The notes below the pieces were generated by a model. That model was not told where the DNA came from. It did no database searches and saw only the letters and a program-made list of their open reading frames with translations. The position numbers and the translations under genes are program-made. DNA of 52,094 nucleotides, taken from positions 1-52,094 of the forward strand of contig JAGLIM010000028.1 of NCBI GenBank assembly GCA_023142995.1, written 5' to 3'. The first letter of the stretch is position 1. Each line of letters begins with the position of its first letter. Origin of the DNA: Minisyncoccota bacterium. GTDB lineage: Bacteria > Patescibacteriota > Minisyncoccia > JAHIHE01 > JAGLIN01. Positions 9,256-18,535 of the stretch are shown piece by piece.

Positions 9256-10452
9256 ATGAAAACTAACTGGCAAACAAAAAAACTCGGTGAAGTTTGTGAT
9301 ATTTCTATTGGGAAAACTCCTGCTCGCGGGAATGAGAAATTTTGGGACAAGGAAAAGGAAACGAATAATGTTTGGTTGTCTATTAGAGATTTAAGCAATA
9401 CGAATAAAAAAGATGTTTTTGATAGTCGTGAATATATTTCTGATTCTGGAGCGAAATTATGTAAGAAAGTAAAACAAGGAATTTTGCTTGCGAGTTTTAA
9501 ATTGACACTTGGACGATTGGCATTTGCGGGAACGGATTTATATACAAACGAAGCAATCGCAGCGCTTGAAATTAAAAATAGCAAAGAATTAAATAAAGAA
9601 TATTTATATTATTATTTAACTTTTTTTGATTGGCATGCAGAAACAAAAGGAGATATAAAAGTAAAAGGTAAGACATTAAATAAAGCTAAATTAAAAGAGA
9701 TAAAAGTTTTTATTCCGCTTCTTTCCGAACAAATCCGTATTGTCAAAATTCTTGATGAAGTGTTTGGCAAAATGGAAATAGCTAAGAAAAATGCGGAGAG
9801 AAATTTGCGGAATGCCAAAGAGCTTTTTGAATCGTATTTGCAGGGGGTTTTTACGAATAGTGGGGATGATTGGGAGGAGAAAAGATTGGGGGATGCTTAT
9901 GATGTTCGTGATGGTACTCACGATTCACCAAAATATCAGAAAGAAGGATATGTGTTAATTACTTCAAAAAATCTTAAGAGAGATGAATTGAATTTTAAAA
10001 ATATTAAATATATTTCTGAAAAAGATTATCAAAAAATTAATGAAAGAAGCAAAGTCCACAAAGGTGATATTCTATTTGCTATGATAGGAACTATTGGGAA
10101 TCCTGTTGTTGTGAAAGTTGAACCAGTCTTTGCGATAAAAAATGTCGCCTTGTTTAAAATTCCAAAAGAGCATGATAGTTATTTTCTTAAATATTTTCTA
10201 GATTCAAAATTTGTAATAGACAAGATGATAAGTGAAGCAAAGGGAACTACACAAAAATTTGTTGGTCTTGGCTATCTCAGGGATTTTATAATTAAGCTAC
10301 CAAAGCTATCCGAACAAAAACAAATCGTAATCAAACTTGACGCTCTCTCCGCATCCACTAAAAAACTTGAAAAAAACTATCAACAGAAAATTGATGATTT
10401 GGATGAGTTGAAGAAATCGGTTTTGAAGAAGGCGTTTGAGGGGGAGTTATAA
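9256..10452 (+). CDS. hsdS: Type I R-M specificity subunit S
   Basis: Two TRDs with conserved repeats W..K.LGE/D and P.LSEQ..IV..LD; C-terminal LKKSVLKKAFEGEL; ATG 9256 preferred over TTG 9223. Confidence 0.95.
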   Translation: MKTNWQTKKLGEVCDISIGKTPARGNEKFWDKEKETNNVWLSIRDLSNTNKKDVFDSREYISDSGAKLCKKVKQGILLASFKLTLGRLAFAGTDLYTNEAIAALEIKNSKELNKEYLYYYLTFFDWHAETKGDIKVKGKTLNKAKLKEIKVFIPLLSEQIRIVKILDEVFGKMEIAKKNAERNLRNAKELFESYLQGVFTNSGDDWEEKRLGDAYDVRDGTHDSPKYQKEGYVLITSKNLKRDELNFKNIKYISEKDYQKINERSKVHKGDILFAMIGTIGNPVVVKVEPVFAIKNVALFKIPKEHDSYFLKYFLDSKFVIDKMISEAKGTTQKFVGLGYLRDFIIKLPKLSEQKQIVIKLDALSASTKKLEKNYQQKIDDLDELKKSVLKKAFEGEL

Positions 10453-10457
10453 TCTAT

Positions 10458-10606
10458 TAGGACTTCCTTATTTATGTCATTTCGAGCCCTTTAAGGCGAG
10501 AAATCTAAAAGCAATACTATACAGAAATAATCTTTATATTAAGAGAGTTCTTAGATCTCTCAATCGCTTCGCTCATTTCGAGATGACATAAAGTGAAGAA
10601 GTCCTA
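10458..10606. mobile_element. MITE-like palindromic element with TA ends and an internal GTCATTTCGAG...TTCGAGATGAC repeat
   Basis: TAGGACTTC / GAAGTCCTA terminal IRs; inner ATGTCATTTCGAG / TTCGAGATGACAT arms. Confidence 0.65.
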
Positions 10607-10617
10607 TTTATTTTAAA

Positions 10618-10646
10618 TTGCAAAAAAGCGTGTAGCTTGTTATAAT
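10618..10646 (+). promoter_or_regulatory. Sigma70 promoter of the ParA-like gene
   Basis: TTGCAA - 17 nt - TATAAT with extended TG. Confidence 0.5.
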
Positions 10647-10653
10647 AAAAATA

Positions 10654-11673
10654 ATGAAATTTATACGAACAAAAAAGCTTTTGTTTGCGAATAATAAAGG
10701 CGGAGTCGGCAAGACTACGCTGGCTTATAATATCGCAGTTAAATTTTCAGAAATGGGATATAAAACTGTTTTGGTGGATTTAGATCCGCAATGCAATTTG
10801 TCCAGACTGTCCTTAGGTCTGTTTGAAAAAAATTTATTTTCCGATAATCAAAAAACAATCTATACCGTTCTTGAGGGTATTATCAAAGGAGGATCCGATA
10901 TAGACAAAAGCGTGGATTTTGAAAAAGTTGGAAGTAATAATAACTTATTTATTTTACCAGGAAGCTTAAAGCTGTCTCAATATGAAAATTCTTTAATATC
11001 ATCCTACGGTGAAGCGGCGCAAGGAGTTGAGAGAGGATTTTTTATTACAAGCGCCATTGATAGATTTTTAACAGAAAAAGGACTAAATGAAGAAATAGAC
11101 CTTTTTATAATTGATACATCGCCAAATCTTAATCTTTTAAACAGAGTGATATTTTTGGGTTCTGATTATTTCGTCACGCCTTTAATGCCAGACGCTTTTT
11201 CTGTTCAAGGTATTGAAAATTTAGGAAACACTTTTGAAGAATGGAAAGATAATTGGAAAAAAACTGCAAAAGTTTTAGCAAAGGACAGAGAAATAGCGCA
11301 TAATAAAGTTTTAGACGGTGATGGTTTGTTTATAGGTTATATAATAAATTCATACAACCAATATTCAAAAAAACCTATTAAAAGTAATGAGGAATGGATT
11401 GCTAAGATCCCGACTTATATTAAAAAATATTTATCAGAAAAACATTGCAGGAATGGACTTGTTGAAAAATCATGGAAATCAGAATTAGCTTTGATTAAGG
11501 ACTATGGGCAATTATCTCCGTTAGCGCAAATTAAAAATAAAGCCATATTCAATCTTGATCCGACTACTGATGGTTTTGAAAATGTAAAAGGAACAAAAGA
11601 AAATTTAGAACAATCACAAAAAGAATTTAGCGAACTTTCAGAAAAGATTTTAAGAATATTGGAAGAATACTAA
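10654..11673 (+). CDS. ParA/Soj-family ATPase (orphan, no ParB)
   Basis: Deviant Walker A NNKGGVGKTT, DLDPQCN and IIDTSP. Confidence 0.88.
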   Translation: MKFIRTKKLLFANNKGGVGKTTLAYNIAVKFSEMGYKTVLVDLDPQCNLSRLSLGLFEKNLFSDNQKTIYTVLEGIIKGGSDIDKSVDFEKVGSNNNLFILPGSLKLSQYENSLISSYGEAAQGVERGFFITSAIDRFLTEKGLNEEIDLFIIDTSPNLNLLNRVIFLGSDYFVTPLMPDAFSVQGIENLGNTFEEWKDNWKKTAKVLAKDREIAHNKVLDGDGLFIGYIINSYNQYSKKPIKSNEEWIAKIPTYIKKYLSEKHCRNGLVEKSWKSELALIKDYGQLSPLAQIKNKAIFNLDPTTDGFENVKGTKENLEQSQKEFSELSEKILRILEEY

Positions 11674-11787
11674 ATTTAATAAATGAAAAATAAAAATCGT
11701 TAATTTTTCTAAATACTTGGAATTAACGGTTTTTTGTAAAAGGCGTTGTTGACAGAAGCGTGTATACTATAGTTTAAATTAAAATCT

Positions 11788-14127
11788 ATGAATGAATCAG
11801 AAACAAGAGCGGAGTATATAGACCCAAAGCTAAAGGCGAGTGGATGGGGTGAAATTGAAGGGTCAAAAGTTTTGCGTGAATTTCGAATCACTGATGGAAA
11901 AATTCAAGCAGGAGGAATGCGAGGAAAGTCAGAAATTGTTGACTATGTTTTGGTTTATAAAAATCGAAAAGTTGGTGTGATTGAAGCTAAGGCTGAAAAT
12001 TTAGAAGTAGGCGAAGGAGTGGCGCAAGCTAAATCATACGCAGAAAAATTGCACATTGATTATACATATGCGACGAATGGGAAAGAGATTTATGAAATGT
12101 CTTTGGAAAATGGGCAAGAGGGGAATGTTGTTGATTTTCCGACTCCTGATGAATTATGGAATAAAACTTTTTCTGACCAAAATCAATGGAAAGAAAAGTT
12201 TGATAATGTTTTATTTGAAGATAGCGGAAGCGGGAAAAAGGTAAGATATTATCAAGAAATTGCGGTGAATAATGTTTTAGGCGCAGTGGCTGAAGAAAAA
12301 GATAGAATTCTTTTGACGATGGCAACAGGAACAGGAAAAACATTTATTGCTTTTCAAATTGCTTGGAAACTTTTTCAAACCCGCTGGAATTTAAAACGAG
12401 ACGGAGCTCGCCGACCGAGAATTTTATTTTTAGCTGACAGGAATATCTTAGCTGATCAGGCATTCAACGCTTTTTCCGCGTTTGATAAAGACGCGTTGGT
12501 CCGTATTAATCCTTTGGATATTCGCAAGAAAGGCGGGGTGCCGATGAGCGGTAGTGTTTATTTCACGATTTTTCAAACTTTTATGAGTGGTCAGAATGGA
12601 AGTTCATATTTTGGAGAGTATCCATCTGATTTTTTTGATTTTATTATTATTGACGAGTGCCATCGTGGCGGCGCAAATGACGAGAGTAATTGGCGAGGAA
12701 TTTTGGAATATTTCTCTCCTGCTATTCAGCTTGGTTTAACGGCAACACCAAAAAGACAAGATAATGTTGACACATACAGTTATTTTGGTGAACCCGTATA
12801 TATTTATTCGCTTAAAGAAGGTGTGAATGACGGGTTTTTAACGCCGTTCAAAGTTAAACGAATTCAAACTACTCTTGATGAATATGTCTATATATCTGAT
12901 GATCAAATTATTGAGGGTGAAGTGGAAGAAGGGAAGATTTATGAAGAAGCTGATTTTAATCGAATTATTACTATTAAAGAGCGTGAGGCAAAAAGAGTTC
13001 GCATTGTGTTAGATGAGATAAATCAAAATGAAAAAACAATTATATTTTGCGCTACTCAAGATCACGCTTTAGCGGTTCGTGATTTGATAAATCAAATGAA
13101 AGAAAATAAAGATTCAAATTATTGTCAGCGTGTGACTGCGAATGATGGCGCTCGCGGAGAGCAATTTTTGAGGGAATTTCAAGATAATGAGAAAACAATT
13201 CCGACAATTTTGACAACTTCACAAAAACTTTCTACTGGTGTTGATGCACGCAATATTCGAAATATTATTTTAATGCGTCCAATAAACTCAATGATTGAGT
13301 TTAAGCAAATTATTGGACGAGGAACAAGGCTTTTTGATGGAAAAGAATATTTTACGATTTATGATTTTGTAGATGCTTATCATCATTTTTCTGATGAAGA
13401 ATGGGATGGTGAACCAATAGAAAAGATAAAGGAAAAAGAGCAAAAAGAAGTAAGCTATGATGAGAAATCAAAAGATGTAGAAATAGAGACTGTTAAAGAT
13501 GAAGAAAATGAATCTAAGAAAAAATTAAAAATCAAATTGCGTGATGGTAAAGAACGTGAAATTCAGCATATGATTTCAACCTCTTTTTGGAGCACTAATG
13601 GAAAACCGATTTCAATTCAAGAGTTTATGGATAATATGTTTGGTGTTATGCCAGAATTTTTCAAAAATGAAGATGAACTGCGAAAAGTTTGGTCAAATCC
13701 AACCACAAGAAAAACTTTTTTAAATCAAATTGCTGAAATTGGATATGGAAAAGATGAATTGGAAACATTGAAAAAAATGATTGATGCGGAAAATAGCGAT
13801 TTGTTTGATGTTTTAACTTACATCTCATTTCTTACTAAGCCTATTTCAAGAGCTGAAAGAGTGGCACAGTCAAAAGACAAAATATTTGAGGGACTAGACG
13901 AAAAACAAAAAGAGTTTTTAGATTTTGTATTATCAAAATATGAAGAAAAGGGTGTTGAGGAACTTGATGAAGAAAAATTGCCAATCTTGTTAAATTTGAA
14001 ATATAACGCCATTGCCAACGCGGAACAATCACTCGGCGATGTAGATCAAATCCGTTCAATGTTTTTTGAGCTTCAAAAGGATTTGTATGCGAAAGGAGTT
14101 AAGGAATATGAGGTGGATAAGGTATAG
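11788..14127 (+). CDS. hsdR: Type I restriction enzyme subunit R (EcoEI-like)
   Basis: N-terminal nuclease DYVL...IEAK; SF2 motifs ATGTGKT, DECH, TATP, QIIGRGTR; EcoEI_R_C-like tail. Confidence 0.95.
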   Translation: MNESETRAEYIDPKLKASGWGEIEGSKVLREFRITDGKIQAGGMRGKSEIVDYVLVYKNRKVGVIEAKAENLEVGEGVAQAKSYAEKLHIDYTYATNGKEIYEMSLENGQEGNVVDFPTPDELWNKTFSDQNQWKEKFDNVLFEDSGSGKKVRYYQEIAVNNVLGAVAEEKDRILLTMATGTGKTFIAFQIAWKLFQTRWNLKRDGARRPRILFLADRNILADQAFNAFSAFDKDALVRINPLDIRKKGGVPMSGSVYFTIFQTFMSGQNGSSYFGEYPSDFFDFIIIDECHRGGANDESNWRGILEYFSPAIQLGLTATPKRQDNVDTYSYFGEPVYIYSLKEGVNDGFLTPFKVKRIQTTLDEYVYISDDQIIEGEVEEGKIYEEADFNRIITIKEREAKRVRIVLDEINQNEKTIIFCATQDHALAVRDLINQMKENKDSNYCQRVTANDGARGEQFLREFQDNEKTIPTILTTSQKLSTGVDARNIRNIILMRPINSMIEFKQIIGRGTRLFDGKEYFTIYDFVDAYHHFSDEEWDGEPIEKIKEKEQKEVSYDEKSKDVEIETVKDEENESKKKLKIKLRDGKEREIQHMISTSFWSTNGKPISIQEFMDNMFGVMPEFFKNEDELRKVWSNPTTRKTFLNQIAEIGYGKDELETLKKMIDAENSDLFDVLTYISFLTKPISRAERVAQSKDKIFEGLDEKQKEFLDFVLSKYEEKGVEELDEEKLPILLNLKYNAIANAEQSLGDVDQIRSMFFELQKDLYAKGVKEYEVDKV

Positions 14128-14267
14128 TAAAATTATAATTTTTCCTATCTTACTTTTATTGCTATGGCTAGAATTTTAAGATAGAGTTTTTGTGTTTTGT
14201 TGCGTGTTTGTCTGTCTTTGAGAAGGAATAATAGAATAGTAACTTTTTAAAAATTAATTAATATTTT

Positions 14268-14735
14268 ATGGATATAGATTTTTCAGAAAGTTTAATCAAA
14301 GGAAAAATTGCTGAGATTATTTTTGACCAAATGTTTCGTGAGGCAGGGAAATATACAATTATTCCTTTTGGTTATGAAAGTATTGTGCCAGAATTATCGC
14401 AATGTAAAAAATTTTCTAAAGCACAAAAAGTAATAGATACTATTAGACATTCACCTGATTTTGTTTTAATCTCAAAAAATGAAGAAAGTGTTTATCTTGT
14501 TGAAGTAAAATATAATTCTAAGTTTGACGAAAAAAGGAATAAGGAACTTGCTATCAATCAAGATAAAAGATGGCATCCATCGTGGATTTTTATAGCAACA
14601 TTAGACGGTTTTTATTTTGATTCGTGTTCAAAAGTAATCAAAAATAACGGTAAAGTCTCAAAGCTTGAAAGTTGGTTAATTTCAAAAGATTTGCAACACA
14701 AATATTTGGAACTTCTCGAAAAATTTGAACACTAA
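14268..14735 (+). CDS. Hypothetical protein, probable PD-(D/E)XK nuclease fold
   Basis: GKIAE...SPDFVL...LVEVK pattern. Confidence 0.55.
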   Translation: MDIDFSESLIKGKIAEIIFDQMFREAGKYTIIPFGYESIVPELSQCKKFSKAQKVIDTIRHSPDFVLISKNEESVYLVEVKYNSKFDEKRNKELAINQDKRWHPSWIFIATLDGFYFDSCSKVIKNNGKVSKLESWLISKDLQHKYLELLEKFEH

Positions 14736-14797
14736 TACCTGTTTTTATATTCTTTATTTGTGTGAATAGAAGAACAGTAAATTTTAATAAATTATTT

Positions 14798-15178
14798 ATG
14801 AAAATAACTAAAAAACAGTGGGATAAATTATGGGGTGGAACAGGTCCTTATTCACAGGCAAATTTAACGATTCAAACAAGGATTCTGGACGATAAAATTA
14901 GTCGTGTATTTTTAGTTGTGGAAGCAGACATAAACCCGCTTACTTATGAAATAGTTAAACAAAACAGGTCTCAATTTAGAAACGATATAATGATTCAACA
15001 ATTATTGGATCATGCGGAATATCGCGGTCAGCAGTTTGGTTATGTTGTTTCTGCTTTTGAAGAAGAATTTACTGATAAAAGTGTTTGGAGCGAAGCGCAA
15101 GAAAGACTTGAATACACAAAAGATAATCTTATTAAAATGCATAAATTTGTAATGGATTTGCTGGATATCAAAATATGA
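14798..15178 (+). CDS. Hypothetical protein
   Basis: ORF with plausible composition; ATG 14798 preferred. Confidence 0.6.
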   Translation: MKITKKQWDKLWGGTGPYSQANLTIQTRILDDKISRVFLVVEADINPLTYEIVKQNRSQFRNDIMIQQLLDHAEYRGQQFGYVVSAFEEEFTDKSVWSEAQERLEYTKDNLIKMHKFVMDLLDIKI

Positions 15179-15324
15179 TTTTGCACAGGGCCCATTCGCT
15201 TACGGTGGGGTCACCAGCGTAATAATATGCAATAATAGGTTTTGATAAATACAGAAGAAGTGAATTTGTAAAGTAAAATTGCTAAGTTTTGTGATGAGTT
15301 GAAGGTAAATAAGCCATTTTAAAG

Positions 15325-15395
15325 TTAGTTTATATATTTGACAACAAGTAAACTAAATGCTGATATAGTTTATATCTAATAAAAAAGTAAACTAA
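15325..15395 (+). promoter_or_regulatory. Operator-like inverted-repeat pairs around a -35 box upstream of the Fic pseudogene
   Basis: TAGTTTAT...GTAAACTAA occurs twice; TTGACA at 15338. Confidence 0.55.
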
Positions 15396-15396
15396 A

Positions 15397-16046
15397 ATGA
15401 AAAAAGTTGAGATTTGTAAAAAAATAAAACAGTCAACTGGTTACATAGCATCAATCCCACAACCATTTCCAGTAAGTGGGATATTTAATGTTGATCAATC
15501 TCTACTGAATAAGGCCACAAAGGCGGAGAGACTTGTCGGGAACTTAATGGTATAACACAAACGCTTCCAGACATTGAGTTTTTTTTGAAAATGTTTGCGT
15601 ATAAGGATGCGACTTCATCTTTTCAAATTATTTCTTTCTTCTTTTTTTAAAAAACATCAGAAATTATATTACACCAAGTTAAATGCTTATCACGATGGTG
15701 ATATTTTTGAATGGCTTGATTTCTTTTTGACTGGAGTTATAGAAACTGCGAACAACGGCATTATTATATCAAAAAAATTCGTATTATTCGTGATAGAGAT
15801 ATGGAAAAAATACAAACACTTGCTAAAAGAGAATCTGATAGCAGTATGAAAGTTCTGCGGTTTTTGTTTACAAATCCTATCGTAACAACGAAGAGCATTA
15901 TGAGTAAAACTGGGTTTTCCCGTCCGGGAGCGCAAAAAGTTATTGATCGTTTTATCAAATTAAATATTCTTGAGCGTTATAACGAAAAGGAAACTTATGA
16001 CCGTAAATATATCTACAAGGAGTATTTTGACACGTTTGTGGATTAA
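15397..16046 (+). pseudogene. Fic-family (Fic_N + HTH) pseudogene with frameshifts and deleted catalytic core
   Basis: MKKVE...GYIASIPQPFP...AERLVG / LNGITQTLPDIEFFLKMFAYKDATSS, then jumps to FFKKHQKLYY...EWLDFFL and an HTH tail; pieces are in different frames and no HPFxDGNGR motif remains. Confidence 0.8.
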
Positions 16047-16220
16047 ATAGGGGTTGCTGAAATTACATTATTAAGATATTAGAATATTTAGATTTCTTTG
16101 TTAATATTTTAATGGTTTGACATGATTTTTTAATCTAAGGCGGAATATTGTATTCAAAAAAATCGCTCTTTGTGGCGATTTTTGTTATAATGAGATTATT
16201 ATTAACGAATAGAAATAAAT

Positions 16221-16292
16221 GGTTCAGGTCAGAGACACTGAACCAATGTAAGAGGCTAAAGCCTCAAAACCCTCAGCTAAAGCTGGGTAGAA
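16221..16292. repeat. Family B triple-hairpin repeat, copy 1
   Basis: GGTTCAG..CTGAACC, GAGGCTAAAGCCTC and CAGCTAAAGCTG; copies at 17881 and 18488. Confidence 0.85.
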
Positions 16293-16315
16293 ATATGTTT
16301 GTTTTTGTAATCAAA

Positions 16316-16343
16316 TAGTATGGTAATATGTATTACCATACTA
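16316..16343. repeat. Palindrome with perfect 13-bp arms upstream of the NUDIX gene
   Basis: TAGTATGGTAATA-TG-TATTACCATACTA. Confidence 0.7.
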
Positions 16344-16374
16344 AATAAAATTAGATTCTAAAAAAACAAAAATT

Positions 16375-16872
16375 ATGATGAAAAAGATTATTTGCCATGA
16401 TTTACAGAATAATGAATTTGAAATTGATTCTGATAAATTGTCGTTTAGGCCTTCGGTTTATGGAATTTTGATAGAAGAGGATAAAGTTCTTTTGTCGAAA
16501 CAATGGGATGGATATGATATGCCGGGTGGTGGAATGGAAATTTATGAAACGCTTGAAGATGCTTTGAAAAGAGAATTTTTTGAAGAAACAGGATTGATAG
16601 TTGAAGTGTTGCAGATTATTCATTGTGAAACATCATTTTTTAATCCAAACTATTCAACAAAGCATAAAGAGGAATTTTGGAATTGTCCTTTGATGTATTT
16701 TTTAGTAAAGAAAATAGGTGGAGAGATTTCTAAGGATAATTTTGATGAAGATGAAAAGAACTATGCTGACTTAGCAGAATGGATTGAACTGGAAAAAGTC
16801 AGTCAAATCAAGTTTTTCAATTCAGTGGATAGTGTTGCAATTATTAAGAAGGCGTTTGATAGGGGGCTATAA
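16375..16872 (+). CDS. NUDIX hydrolase
   Basis: Nudix box PGGGMEIYETLEDALKREFFEETG. Confidence 0.92.
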   Translation: MMKKIICHDLQNNEFEIDSDKLSFRPSVYGILIEEDKVLLSKQWDGYDMPGGGMEIYETLEDALKREFFEETGLIVEVLQIIHCETSFFNPNYSTKHKEEFWNCPLMYFLVKKIGGEISKDNFDEDEKNYADLAEWIELEKVSQIKFFNSVDSVAIIKKAFDRGL

Positions 16873-16878
16873 AATTAA

Positions 16879-16951
16879 AACCGTGAAAATAGTATATAAA
16901 TTAACAGATTTTCACGGTTATGTTGACAAAACCGTGAAAAAGGAATATAAT
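16879..16951 (+). promoter_or_regulatory. Consensus sigma70 promoter overlapped by three 11-bp operator boxes
   Basis: TTGACA (16923) - 17 nt - TATAAT (16946); AACCGTGAAAA at 16879, inverted at 16909, and again at 16930. Confidence 0.75.
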
Positions 16952-16989
16952 TAGGTTATAATGATAATTAAATTTCTTAATAGTAAGTT

Positions 16990-17862
16990 ATGACAAAAGT
17001 TTTAAGTATATTTAGTAAAATAGATTTTTTACGAAAACGGTATTATGAATCTTTTGCGAACAAAGGATCGCTTTTGAAACTCTTGAGTGAGACGGAAATT
17101 GCTGAACAAGTCTATAATTCCAATGCTATAGAAAATAGCACCGTTACATTTGAAGAAACAGAAAAGATATTGTTACAAATAGATCTTGATAGATATATTT
17201 CTGAAAGGGAATTATTTGAAGCAAAAAATCTGGCGCGAGTTGTAGAATATATTAATAAAAAAGCTAAAGAGCAAGAGCTTACTCTTGACGTTGTTTTGTT
17301 TCTTCATAAAATGTTGATCTCAAATATCCGCGATGATATTGCTGGGAGATTTAGAAAAGACAATGAGTATGTTCGTGTTGGAAATCATATTGCCCCTAAT
17401 TCAAAAGAAGTAGTTGGTCGTCTTGAAAAAATGCTGACAGATTATAATGCCACGAGTTATGAAAATATAATCAAACGTGTTGCAGGATTGCATCTTGCTT
17501 TTGAATATACTCATCCATTCATTGACGGTAATGGACGCATCGGACGTGTTATTAATAATTACTTATTGATCCGAGAGGGGTTTGTTCCGATAAATATAAA
17601 GTTTATTGATCGGAAAAAATATTATGAAGCTTTTAGGGAATTTGATGAGAAGAACAAAACGAGCATTATGGAAGAAATAGTAGGAAAAGCGTTGACAAAT
17701 AGTTATCATAAGCGATTGGCGTATTTGGAGGGCAAGGGAATTATCACTCTTGCTGATTATGCTAAAAATAATAAATTTTCGCATTCTAATCTTATTAATA
17801 AAGCCAACAGGCAAACCATTGAAGCTTTCTTGGAAAAAAATGTTTGGAAAATTGGGGTTTAA
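16990..17862 (+). CDS. Fic-family protein
   Basis: Catalytic HPFIDGNGRIGR and inhibitory-helix-like SNAIEN. Confidence 0.93.
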   Translation: MTKVLSIFSKIDFLRKRYYESFANKGSLLKLLSETEIAEQVYNSNAIENSTVTFEETEKILLQIDLDRYISERELFEAKNLARVVEYINKKAKEQELTLDVVLFLHKMLISNIRDDIAGRFRKDNEYVRVGNHIAPNSKEVVGRLEKMLTDYNATSYENIIKRVAGLHLAFEYTHPFIDGNGRIGRVINNYLLIREGFVPINIKFIDRKKYYEAFREFDEKNKTSIMEEIVGKALTNSYHKRLAYLEGKGIITLADYAKNNKFSHSNLINKANRQTIEAFLEKNVWKIGV

Positions 17863-17880
17863 TTAGTTGTTGATAATTAA

Positions 17881-17992
17881 TTCAGATTAGAGATACTGAA
17901 CTAACACAAGAGACTAAAGTCTCAAAACCCTCGGCTAAAGCCGGGTAGAAGTGTGTTCAATGGAGCTTACACTCTGAAGAGTGAACTCCAAA
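17881..17992. repeat. Family B copy 2 abutting a Family A half-copy
   Basis: TTCAG..CTGAA, GAGACTAAAGTCTC and CGGCTAAAGCCG, then CTTACACTCTGAAGAGTGAACTCCAAA. Confidence 0.85.
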
Positions 17993-18023
17993 CTTTGTTT
18001 ATGTTATTTATAAAATTAAAAAT

Positions 18024-18485
18024 ATGAAAATTGATATAACTAAGGAGCAGTATGAGAGTTTGATCATTATGAATGGTATAGCAAGTAGTGTATTGGGAAC
18101 TCTTGGGGATTCTATGCCAGATACGAATTATGAAAAGCGGACGAATGAAATGGAAGAAATAGAAGAATATTTTTTGCAATATGCAGAAGATTTTGGTTGT
18201 GAAAAATTTACGGAAGATTATAAAGGAAAAAAGGTTTTTGAAGAGGAAATGCATGAAAAACATATTATGACGGTTATAGATGATTATGATCAGCTTGAAT
18301 TATTCAATGGATTGGCGAATAAATTAGCATGGCGTGATTTTCGAAGAGATCATTCAAAAAAAGAGATAGAAAAGATGAGTAGAAAAAATGGTGATTATTT
18401 TGGTCCTGAGATACATAGTTATGAGAAAAAATATTGGGATGAGTTTAAGAAATATGAATATGAAAGATTGGAGATAGAGAAATAA
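18024..18485 (+). CDS. Hypothetical acidic protein
   Basis: 153-aa ORF with typical start context. Confidence 0.6.
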   Translation: MKIDITKEQYESLIIMNGIASSVLGTLGDSMPDTNYEKRTNEMEEIEEYFLQYAEDFGCEKFTEDYKGKKVFEEEMHEKHIMTVIDDYDQLELFNGLANKLAWRDFRRDHSKKEIEKMSRKNGDYFGPEIHSYEKKYWDEFKKYEYERLEIEK

Positions 18486-18487
18486 AC

Positions 18488-18513
18488 GGTTCAGGTCAGA
18501 GACACTGAACCAA
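18488..18513. repeat. Family B copy 3 (first hairpin only)
   Basis: GGTTCAGGTCAGAGACACTGAACCAA, identical to 16221-16246. Confidence 0.85.
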
Positions 18514-18535
18514 CATAAAATATTAAAACAAAAAT

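Noticed and set aside
11749-11773. Promoter for hsdR (TTGACA ... TATACT)
   Set aside because: The boxes are only 8 nt apart, which is incompatible with a sigma70 promoter
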